A stretch of 64,000 nt of DNA from NCBI GenBank assembly GCA_943704425.1, contig CALSCP010002418.1:1-64000 (forward strand), in the 5' to 3' direction. The position numbers and the translations under genes were made by a program. This document shows, piece by piece, positions 54,041 to 64,000 of this stretch. Below the pieces are notes generated by a model that was given only the letters and a program-made list of their open reading frames with translations, had not been told where the DNA came from and did no database searches. Position 1 is the first letter of the stretch. Each line of letters begins with the position of its first letter. This DNA is from Ministeria vibrans ATCC 50519. Its lineage: Eukaryota > Protista > Filasterea.

Positions 54041-54176
54041 AAAAAGCTGGTAGATACACTAGAGAACATTGCCAAGGAAGAGACGGACAAGGTGGTCAAC
54101 AATTTCGGGAGGCACAACAAAAGGCTGGTAGACAGACTAGAGAGCATTGTCAAGGAAGAGACGGACAAGGTGGCCG
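54041..54176. repeat. Imperfect ~57-nt direct repeat (78-nt period) duplicating the PEX12 C-terminal codons and stop
   Basis: AAAAAGCTGGTAGATACACTAGAGAACATTGCCAAGGAAGAGACGGACAAGGTGG vs AAAAGGCTGGTAGACAGACTAGAGAGCATTGTCAAGGAAGAGACGGACAAGGTGG. Confidence 0.85.
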
Positions 54177-55315
54177 TCTGAGGAGGCCGGGAGGCGGGAG
54201 ACGGGGCATTGGGCGGTGCGCACCAGGTGTGCGTGGATGCACGTGTAGCAGAAGACCAGGCTGGAGGAAGGTCGGATGAGTTAAGCAGATGAAAATGAAA
54301 ATGTTATGAGTAAAATTTAATAATATTTGGGTTACCCGGAAACTGTGAGTAGAGTTGGGTTGCGAATTTTTCCTTGGCACAGGGGACAAATGTGTTTGGC
54401 GGTGGGAATTGGAAGAGCGCCGGGTGCCATGGGTGGGGGTGAAGAGGGCGCTGGGATGTCGGCGACTCCCGTGGTCGTGACAAGCGGATTGGAGCCGGGC
54501 AAGTCAGTGGGAGCGGGCAGGGAGGGACCGATGGCGGAGGCGGGTGAACCCCCTGCAAGATCCGCGCCCGACCACCATTGCATGCATTGGAGTGAGAATA
54601 GCAATGTCGGAAGAATGGCGCTTGTTGCAGAGGCAACCCAGTCACTCGAGTGCAGAAGGAGGCGTGTGGGAAAGGAAGCGTGCGTGAGCGCTTCGCTGCG
54701 GCGTTGTTGGGAGCGAGCATTCATTGCATCCACCGCGTCCACATCCTCCTTGGTTATTCGTCGCAAGTGTTGGCCGGCCAACAAAGATGCAACGGAGCTG
54801 GAGGGAGCACGGCCGACGGCAAAGGCGACCAGTAGGACCCAGTCGAGAACCTCGACAAGACGCAGAGCGAGTGCCAGGAGTCGCCGTGTGCGAGCCAACC
54901 AGGGTCGCCCTCGTCGTGTTCTTTGCGCACACCATCTCTTTAAGCGGTCCAGAGCGTATCGATAGAGGACGCCTGCAAGGACAGCGCGCAGCACATCGCG
55001 TGTGTGGTGCAAACGGGCATCTTTGCCACTGTGAATGCGCACCAGCGAGTAGAAGTGTTCGGCAAAGGACGCCGAGTATCGGCGCAAGTGAATCCAGTCG
55101 GCCAGGCCCATAACGAGGGTGTGCAGTGCACGGGCGTTGCTCTGGACAAAGAGGTTTGCTGTTGGCGACGTAGACTCGGTGCAAAAGTCAAGCATGTACA
55201 AAAGAGCGCCGGGAGTCAGTGCCTCGAGCGAGCGAACTGCGAGCAGCTCAAAGATGGATGGGCGCTGGCCCGTGGTAACCATGATGCTGCCCACAATGTG
55301 AGCAGCCGAACTCAT
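54137..55315 (-). CDS. PEX12: Peroxin 12 (RING peroxin)
   Basis: RPSIFELLA..L.P; YSASFAEHFYSLVR; FSLQCMQWW; CPLCQGKIRNPTLLTVSG|LVFCYTCIHAHLVRTAQCPVS. Confidence 0.9.
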
Positions 55316-55462
55316 TTTATCAAAAATATATAACTATTAAGAAAAATAAATAGAAGAAGAATAACCCATTTATTAATGATACAGAAAAACAATAATTAAT
55401 AGAGAATCAAGATTCAAGAATGTCAAATCAAAACTATAATATACAAAGTCAAAACAATTTTT

Positions 55463-55496
<34 letters not shown>

Positions 55497-55514
55497 TAAT
55501 ACTAAAATATTTTG

Positions 55515-56684
55515 TTATTGTTGATAATTTTTGGTTGCAAGTGGGCGAATGAGAGTAAAGGTACGCCCGCTACCGTCGGAAGGCTCGGCACCATTGATCA
55601 GGTGCGTTGGTTCTCCCGTGTCCTGGTCAAAGAGGAGGTGCGGGCGTTCGACATGATTAGTATCCGTGGTGCCGTCGTCGTAGTGCACTCGCGAAGTGTA
55701 CGGGCCCGTCTTGGACTGTGTATGCAACGTCCAATGTACAGCATCGCGCGAGTGCGCATAGAGCGACACTGGGCCACCCTCTTGATTGTGCACCATCATG
55801 TGATAACCGCGATGAGTGTGCCAAAGAAAAGGATCTTCACACTGGTGGGCGGCACGGCCCGGCGAGGGGAAGATGGGGTCGTGAGCGGGTGCCAGAAGGT
55901 TGTAGGGACCACGCCAGTGAGGCGCCGAGGCTATCACAATGGACTCAAGACCGTTGTGGCAGTAGCCGGCATTCATGGCAAGCAGCACAGAGCCGTTGGG
56001 ATGAAACACTGGGGACGGATTGGTGTGGGCGCAGTCGAAGAGCTTCGAGTGCGCCTGGTTGCTCACGTTGAGACGCTGTACCTCCCAGGGACCCTCAATC
56101 GACTTGGAATATGCTAGGGCAACCCCACAGCCAGAATTGAGCGGGTCCGGTCCACACCCGTCGTTGGGAAGCGGCGGATTGGGCGGCGGAAGCGATTGCA
56201 ACTCGGCGGAATGAGAGAGGGAAACATTACACACTTTGGGCTGGGTGGTCCAGCCCCCAATGTAGTAGAGGACGTAGGTGCCATCGGGAGCCCGACGAAT
56301 CGTGGGGTTGTGAGCAAAGGGAGTGAGCACAGTCTGCTCGTACGCGTAGGGTCCCAGGACGGAGTCACTCGCGACACGCACCACTCGCGAGTTTGTCTTC
56401 CACGACGACAGTGGACAATGCTGCGCCATTTCAGCAGCAAACATCTGGTAGCGCGTTCCATCAAAGAGAGGATAGCCGCCCCACGAGGCGTAACTGGCGT
56501 TGCGGTAACCGCTAGTGCGCGTTGTTGGAAGGATGCGGAGCACATCACAAATGTCGCCGGTCCAGGCCGCGTCACAGAGGCACTGGGAATCAACACAGTC
56601 ACCGTTTAGGGAGCAGTCATCATCCGAGTTACACGTGGCGAACGCAACAGTGACCCATATAAGCAGGAGGGTGAAGGAGCGCAT
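55515..56684 (-). CDS. Secreted five-bladed beta-propeller glycoside hydrolase-like protein (GH43/GH32-clan-like) with N-terminal EGF-like module
   Basis: Signal MRSFTLLLIWVTVAFA; CNSDDDCSLNGDC..CLCDAAWTGDIC; SWGG, FAHNPTI, TNPSP, EDPFLW, ERPHL motifs; intronless. Confidence 0.75.
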   Translation of the reverse strand: MRSFTLLLIWVTVAFATCNSDDDCSLNGDCVDSQCLCDAAWTGDICDVLRILPTTRTSGYRNASYASWGGYPLFDGTRYQMFAAEMAQHCPLSSWKTNSRVVRVASDSVLGPYAYEQTVLTPFAHNPTIRRAPDGTYVLYYIGGWTTQPKVCNVSLSHSAELQSLPPPNPPLPNDGCGPDPLNSGCGVALAYSKSIEGPWEVQRLNVSNQAHSKLFDCAHTNPSPVFHPNGSVLLAMNAGYCHNGLESIVIASAPHWRGPYNLLAPAHDPIFPSPGRAAHQCEDPFLWHTHRGYHMMVHNQEGGPVSLYAHSRDAVHWTLHTQSKTGPYTSRVHYDDGTTDTNHVERPHLLFDQDTGEPTHLINGAEPSDGSGRTFTLIRPLATKNYQQ

Positions 56685-56695
56685 AAAGAAAAAAG

Positions 56696-56752
<57 letters not shown>

Positions 56753-56985
56753 NNNNNNNNNNCCCGTGCTTTTTTTTTTTTTTTTTCCTCCTGTCATCCA
56801 ATCTGACGATTCATGGGCTTGTCTCGGCCGCTTTGACGCACAATGAGCGACACGTGTGTATTTATTGTGAATGGGGGACGGCGCCTGTTGTATAGTGGGC
56901 TGTGTCTCCTGTTGTGTGCGTGTCATGTTTTGCATCGCACAATGAGCATTTCTCTCAACCGCTCTGCTTCTTCCCGTTCTCTCAG

Positions 56986-58599
56986 GTTGGCTACGTTGTA
57001 CATGGTCAAACCCAAAATGCTCGTGATGTGTCAGACGTGACTCGAAAACGCCGTCGTCGTGGAGAACTGCCGCCTGGTAATGGTTTTAATGCGTCTTGGC
57101 ATGTCTCGCTGATGCCCCTTTGGCTTTGTTTGTGTTTTAGCGTACCCCAATGGATGGTTCCGTCTGGTCAACTCCTACGAGCTGAAGAAAGGACAAGTAC
57201 GTGTGTGTATAAATGTATCGTGTGTTTTTTTTTTGTTTGTGCCTCTGCTTAACAAGTGCTCTCAGGTAAAGAATGTCGACGCGCTCGGGCAACACTTTGC
57301 GGTGTTCCGTGGACACGACGGGGAGGCGGCCGTGCTGGACGCGTACTGTCCTCACTTGGGCGCCAACTTGGCAGTGGGTGGCAAGGTGTTGGTGAGCGAC
57401 GAACACGGCTCGTGTCTGCAGTGCCCCTTCCACGGCTGGACGTTTGCCGCCAAGACGGGCAAGGTGGTCAACATTCCGTATGCGGATAAGATTCCCGAGA
57501 CGGCCAAGACGAAGAAGTGGCCCGCACTCGAGATGAACGGCACAATCATGGTGTGGTATGATGCAGAGGACCGCGACCCCATGTGGTTTCCGCCTGAGCT
57601 CAAAGAGATCACCTCCGGTACCACAAGAGAAAAGTGTCACGCCCACAATTCATTACTAATTGGAATTATCAATTCGCAGGACAATGGACATTCCGTGGAA
57701 TCAGCGAGCACATCATCAACGCACACATCCAGGAGATCCCTGAGAACGCCGCTGACATTGCACACCTGGACCATGTGCACTCGCCTGCTTTACTAACGGG
57801 GACCGATCTGCGCAAGGTAAAAAAAGCGTCCGTCTCGTGTTTTGTTTGGCTGTGTTTCTTTTTATTTTCTCTCCCTATCACTTTGTTTCTTTCTCTCCTA
57901 TCACTAATTTTGTTTCTTTCTCTCCCTATCACTTATGTTTCCATCTTTCTCCCCTATCTATTTCTGTGTTTCTCACGAGCTCACATGTGCTTTGCAGATG
58001 CGTCAAGTGGACGGGTCGCGCTCAATGGGATCTTTGTTCCACACATGGGATGCGTCGTACACCCCGGGTGAAGGGGACATGTGGCACACGAGCGTACTCA
58101 AGCTCAAGCACGGCATGAAGCTGTGGGGCTACCCCTTCCCTGCCCTCGACCTGCTTGTCACCGCCCGCCAGGTTGGCCCGGGTCTTGTGTACCTCACGTG
58201 GGACAGTGCATTCGGCTCGGGTGTCTTCACCCAGAGTATCACTCCAATGGGTCCGCTCGAACAGAACCTCCAGCACTGCATTTGGGCGTCGTGGACGGTG
58301 CCTAACTGGCTTGCAAAGGTCTACCTGGCCGGCGAGGCTATGCAGGTTGAGGTGAGTTTGCGCTGATCTGAAAATATTGCGAAATGCTCGACGAATAACT
58401 TATAAATTTTTATTGACGCTTCGTTATATTTTTGTTGTAGAGAGACGTGATGATCTGGAACAACAAGTGCTTCATCAACAAGCCAATGTTGGTCAAGGAA
58501 GATCAGCTTATTGGCAAGTTCCGTCGCTGGTACAAGCAGTTCTACTCGAAGAACAGTGAGAAGCGCGCAAAAGAATCTTCTGCTCCCTTTGATTGGTAG
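56986..58599 (+). CDS. nvd: Neverland/DAF-36-type Rieske sterol C7-desaturase, paralogue A, exons 2 to end
   Basis: LPPAYPNGW; Rieske [20 protein letters not shown]; Fe motif [16 protein letters not shown]; [23 protein letters not shown]. Confidence 0.9.
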
Positions 58600-58791
58600 A
58601 GAGATATTTACAAAATACAACTTCAATTTTCAAATTTCAATTGCCTGTCTCCGCTCCCTCTCGACGCTCCCGTACCTTAGAAAGTTCTGAGATGTTTGTG
58701 TTGTCGCTTTTCGTTTGTGATTGATAATACATTGGAAATCAATTAATCAATTTTACTTTTCACATTATCATTATTATCGTCTATCGGGCAA

Positions 58792-60463
58792 ATGAGCTGT
58801 ATTCCTGGTTGGATCACGGGTGTGGATGGACACGTGCATATGATTTATGCGCAGCGAAGTCCCTTTGTGTCGTCTCAGACAGACACGCCCGCCCTCTGGC
58901 CCACTCTCTCGCCCATTGCCGATATCAATAGAGCAGCTGAACAGCTCCTTGACGCTCTTGTTGCTTTTCACCTCGCCAAAGCGCGAAGACGGTAAGAAGA
59001 CGCTTAACAATCTCAAAGATAATAATAATAACAATAATAATTATTATTGTATTAATGTTAGTGGTGTGCATTTCTCATTTCTCACCTTTGTAGGTGTGCA
59101 CAAGTGATGCTTGACGCGTACAGGCGATGGAAAGAATGGAGAGTACACCCATGCAATAGCGATGCATCGACAGCGGCGTTTGACGTGTCGCAAGAGACGG
59201 CAGAAATCAATCGGGCGGTTGTCGTGCCAACGCAACTTGCTGCCTTTCCGCTTCCCACCCACGTCCGCCAGGCATTGTGTTCCTTGCACACCTCTTCACA
59301 CCAGTTTCTTCATCGACTTGCGACACTTGAAACATCGCGTAGTACACCGCCCCTCTCGTCGTTGCCAACTGTGCGTCTGCTGAGCGACAACTGGAGCACT
59401 GCCATCCACGAATGGACACAGCTTCAACGTCAGGTAAATTAAATAATTATACATGCAACGAGGGCTGTATGCATGGCTGCGATTTATTTAGCATGATATA
59501 TAATATATATATATATATATATTCAACCCTTTTTTGTCATAGATCGAAGACGCCGGCTCCAAATATGACTGCTCGAGCAGCAGCCCAACCACGGCTCTTC
59601 AACTTTGTCTCAAGGTACCCACAAACACCGTTTTTTATTTAATTTTGGATAATTAACTTTGTGTGTAGACACGAGATTTTATCGCGAGCTCCTTTCCAAC
59701 CGAGCCGGGTCTGTATAATAGCGAAAATATTTCGACAAGGCGACAACTGAAAGTCCGTGTCAGACCAGAGCGCCGTCGTTTAACTCGACTGGTCGCAGAG
59801 ACACTGATGGACGCAACTGCACTACTCTTTACGGTAAAGTAGGTTTTTCATTGAAACTAAACTCAACGATTCGTTTTGTTTTGTGTGCAGAGACTTCTGG
59901 TGAACAAGATGAATCGCAGTGTGGTGCGCAATGAAGTGGTCACACTTGCAGTGGTGCATGCAGACGCAGAGCACGCGCAAGAACAGGGGCTTTTGGGCGG
60001 CACTGATTTACGACGTTCTAGGGCGCTGGTAGAGCGTGTGCGTGCATGGACTGTGCGGGCAATGGCGAGTGTGTGTCGCGAGACGCTGCAGGAGTGGTGG
60101 CCCAAGGGGGGACAAGTGTGGTTTAAGCGCAGGCGCCCAACGACGCATGACCAGCAGCAGTCAAAGGAGACGCACACTCCCAGTGATTATGTGGGAATTC
60201 TACTGGAGACGACACTCGAACCACTCTATGAACGCATGCACAGGCGCAGTGAGAGTGTATCTGACAATCTGACGCTCGTGACTGAGCTCATGCGAATTTG
60301 TATCTCCGAGGTTCTCGTATGCGCTCAGAGCGAGCGAGCGTACTCAGCAGATGGTCGAGCTCAGCTGCACTGTGACACCAGTGCACTGACCGAATGGGCG
60401 CACACACATCGCATTGCTGTGAATGTCACAGAACCCCTTCAATCATTTCTTTCTCGAATTTAA
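58792..60463 (+). CDS. CCDC142-like helical (CATCHR-like) protein
   Basis: C-terminal exon WWPKGGQVW..PSDYVGILLETTLEPL..YSADGRAQLHCD resembles my recollection of the CCDC142 C-terminus; multi-exon. Confidence 0.5.
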
Positions 60464-60526
60464 ATCTTAAATGTCCATGGACACGCACAAGCTGCACACT
60501 ACTGTATCCACGAAGCTTCATTTTTT

Positions 60527-62790
60527 CTACCAGTCAAAGGGGGCAGAAGACTCCTTTGCGCGCTCCTCACTGTTCTCCGAGTAGAACTGCTTGTACCAGC
60601 GACGGAACTTGCCAATGAGCTGATCTTCCTTGAGCAGCATTGGCTTGTTGATGAAGCACTTGTTGTTCCAGATCATCACGTCGCGCTATATTGCACACAA
60701 TTAAATGTCAATATTACGAATGTCAATCATGTTTTATTGTTCAACTCTCTCAAACTGTGGATTACCTCAACCTGCATAGCCTCACCGACGAGGTATATCT
60801 TTGCCAGCCAGTTAGGCACGGTCCAAGACGCCCAAATGCCATGCTGGAGGTTCTGCTCGAGCGGACCCATTGGAGTGATGCTCTGGGTGAAGACGCCCGA
60901 GCCGAAGATACTGTCCCACGTGAGGTACACAAGACCCGGGCCAATCTGACGGGCAGTCACATTGAGATCGAGTGCGGGGAAGGCACACCCAAAGAGCTGC
61001 ATGCCATGCTTGAGCTTGAGCACACTTGTGTGCCACGTCTCACCCTCGCCTGGTGTGTATGAGGCGTCCCATGTGTGGAACAGCGAGCCCATTGCCCGTG
61101 AACCGTCATTTTTGCGCATCTGTATAAATGGGATTAGATATTGTTTGTTGCTGTGTTTCATACGTTTCGGAGGTCTGTTCCCGTGAGGAGTGCGGGCGAG
61201 TGAAGGTGCTGCAGGTGCGCAATGTCAGCGGCGTTCTCAGGGATCTCCTGGATGTGTGCGTTGATGATGTGCTCGCTGATTCCACGGAATGTCCATTGTC
61301 CTGCGAATTGATAATTCCAATGAGTAATGAATTGTGGGCGTGACACTTTTCTCTTGTGGTACCAGAGGTGATCTCTTTGAGCTCAGGCGGAAACCACATG
61401 GGGTCGCGGTCCTCTGCATCGTACCACACCATGATTGTGCCGTTCATCTCGATCGAGTGCCACTTGCGTGTCTTGGCTTCCTTGGGAATCTAGGGATCAC
61501 GCGTACGCGTGTTGAATGAGTGATGTACAAGAGGAAAGTATAGTCAAAATACCTTGTCGGCGTATGGAATGTTGACCACCTCGCCTGTTTTGCCGGAAAA
61601 CACCCAGCCGTGAAAGGGGCACTGCAGACACGAGCCGTGTTCCTTGCTCTCCAGCACCTTGCCACCCACTGCCAAGTTGGCGCCCAAGTGAGGACAGTAC
61701 GCGTCCAGCACGGCCGCCTCCCCGTCGTGTCCACGGAACACCGCGAAATGTTGCCCGAGCGCGTCGACGTTTTTTGCCTATATCAATTATTAAATTATTG
61801 TTTTTATACAATCATTATTATCATTATTAATAGCGGTGTTGTCGCTTTTTTCTTTTGTGATGAAAATAATCTAATTATTATTACGTTTTGAACATGTATT
61901 CTTCTTATTCTTCTACTAGTAAATAGTGGTTTCTGTATCTCACCTGTCCTTTCTTCAGTTCGTACGAGTTGGCCAGACGGAACCATCCATTGGGGTACGC
62001 TACATAAGTATATAATTATGTGAATAATAATAATAATTAAAATTAATTATAATAATAATAATAATAATTATTATTATTGCAATGAGAAGATGAAACTTAT
62101 TCGAAAAACAACCTATCTTACCCGGAGGAAGGTCGCCACGACGGCGACGTTTTCTCGTCACCTCAGATACATCACGTGAATTTTGAGCCTTGCTATGGAC
62201 GATGTAGCCAACCTACAACAGCGATGGTGCGATGAGAACAAAAACTGAAACAACAAGCGGAAAAGTATTTAACCAAACAAGGGAAAAAGAACTCGATAAA
62301 CAGACTTGGTTCAGGTTTTAAGGTGCATCCGAATGATGTAGTAAAAATAAGATCAATGGGAAGGATGGCAGTAGGAGTATAGACAAGCAGGCAGGACTAC
62401 ATCACATGCAAGGTTGGCGATTGATCAACGAATGCAAAATCGCACTAAGAAATATCTTCGGCTAAAAAGCGATGGGCGAGCAAGAAAACAAGGTGATCGT
62501 CTTACATCTTCTTGTTTGCGAGTCCAGAAGAGCGGTTTATAGTACCACGACAGAAAGACAAAAAGTGCGAGAATTGCAATCGCAACGCCCGACACGCGAA
62601 GAGGCGTCTCGCTTGCCTGCAGCGCAATGCCACGGGCCATGTCGACCACATCGGCTGCCAATATGGCCGCTGTGGAGTTGGAGTTGAGCGCCGAGATGGC
62701 GTCCTTTACGATTTCTGGCATCGCGGATGATGCGGAAGCGAAACCCGCGACAAACACCACCAGACGGACGGCACGGAACGCAGAGGGCAT
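60527..62790 (-). CDS. nvd: Neverland/DAF-36-type Rieske sterol C7-desaturase, paralogue B (complete)
   Basis: Same motifs as paralogue A ([36 protein letters not shown] at 60527); intron 1 is short. Confidence 0.92.
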
Positions 62791-62987
62791 TGTGGAGCGT
62801 CTATAGGGGATACAGATAACAAGATAAATGACAAAAAGGACTGTAAACTTAAGTCTTAAGACTTAAAGGTGTGTGTGTGTGTGTGTGTGATAGACTGACA
62901 GTGTGACTGTGTGTGACTCAATAACTCATCCATGAAAAGTGAAAAGTGAAAATTGAAATTAAAAAATAAACTAATTTCTTTCTCATC

Positions 62988-64000
62988 ATGCGCACAGTCT
63001 GTCTCGTGCTCGCTATTGCAGCTGCTGTCTGCACCGCGTCGCTCTCGCTTGAGGGATCCCGCTACAAGCTCAACGAGGCCAACGGCGATCTTTGCGACAA
63101 CACTGTCCAGCAGTGGAGCGGCTACCTCGACGTCAACGACAAGTAGCGAACTACCCCTCCCACCGTGTCTCTTGCTGCCCTGCATCCTCCCCAACCGTGC
63201 TTCCCCTCTGCCTTTTTTCTTTTTTTCTTTTTTCTTCCTTCGCGATGACACTCACACATCTCGTGACAAATCTCACTGCGTCCTTTCCCACTCCGTTGTC
63301 CACTGCACCGCCTTCTATGTTGCAAATGATGATCCTCCGCACCAAGCGCATCCGTCTTCCCTCCCTCTTTCCCCCTGTACTGACCCGCCGTCGTTTTTTG
63401 ACAGATCGAAAATGTACTTTTACTGGGCCTTTTCGTCGCGCAACGACCCCGCCAACGACCCTGTGGTGCTGTGGATGACTGGCGGACCTGGCTGCTCGTC
63501 GATGCTGGCGCTTCTGACGGAGAACGGCCCTTGCTCGGTCAACAAGGAGGTGCAGACGCAGAACAACATCTACTCGTGGACGGCCAACGCGACCGTCATC
63601 TGGATCGACCAGCCCGCCGGCACTGGATTCTCCTACGGCTCCTTCCCCGACGACTACGACCACGACGAGACCGGCGTGGCTCGCGACATGTTTGCTTTCC
63701 TCCAGCTCTGGTTCAAGAACCACGAAAACCTCCTGGACAACGAGTTCTACGTCTTCGGCGAGTCTTACGGGTATGCTTGTGCTGCATACACATATATATC
63801 ATATATAATATATATGTGTGTGGTATATTGTACCATCCATTTTTATATAGCGGCCACTACGTTCCTGCCACGTCTGCGCGTGTCTTTGAGGGCCAACAGA
63901 AGGGCGAGACCAAGATCAATTTCAAGGGACTGGGCATTGGAAACGGACTGACTGACCCCGAGGTAACAGACAATCATAGAGAGACAAGTGATGAGAGAGA
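62988..64000 (+). CDS. Serine carboxypeptidase S10 (CPY-like), 3' end outside window
   Basis: Signal peptide; QWSGYLDV, YFYWAFSSRNDPANDPVVLWMTGGPGCSS, WIDQPAGTGFSY, GESYG|GHYVP, GLGIGNGLTDP. Confidence 0.92.

Noticed and set aside
44619-62790. A mating/hormone gene cluster (HAP2, deiodinase, SWEET, Neverland x2)
   Set aside because: It is interspersed with housekeeping genes (PEX12, BSDC1-like), no shared regulatory motif was seen, and the local order is probably mis-assembled.

Overview
Gene-dense eukaryotic scaffold with short GT-AG introns rich in (CT)n, (CA)n and (AAT)n, plus several N gaps. The gene content (anillin, ClC-2-type channel, BBS7, CCDC142-like, Neverland, HAP2) suggests a flagellated unicellular holozoan such as a choanoflagellate; this is inference only. 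About 23 spliced genes were reconstructed by hand: a ~2,520-aa Gly-rich-repeat/EGF type-I receptor, GT11 fucosyltransferase, PCCB, myristoyl-SAM-TPR protein, CLCN2-like channel, RPT4/PSMC6, MFS transporter, anillin, PNO1, SHQ1, VPS41-like, BBS7, ADHFE1, NCAPH, HAP2/GCS1, deiodinase-like selenoprotein, SWEET, BSDC1-like, two Neverland Rieske sterol desaturases, PEX12, EGF-GH43-like hydrolase, CCDC142-like and a partial S10 carboxypeptidase. Highlights: (1) a 7-exon deiodinase-like gene that the ORF track does not recover as a gene, with an in-frame UGA in the GSIT-U-PP active site and a SECIS-like hairpin in its 3' UTR; (2) an intact HAP2 fusogen that, as assembled, is interleaved with a Neverland gene, where the junction sequences point to a swapped-block misassembly; (3) an EGF-repeat receptor with NPxY and ITAM-like tail motifs and five vicinal-Cys repeats; (4) inverted Neverland paralogues with a probable gene-conversion tract; (5) a ~30-nt element dispersed through many introns. 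All family calls come from motif recognition by eye, not database searches.
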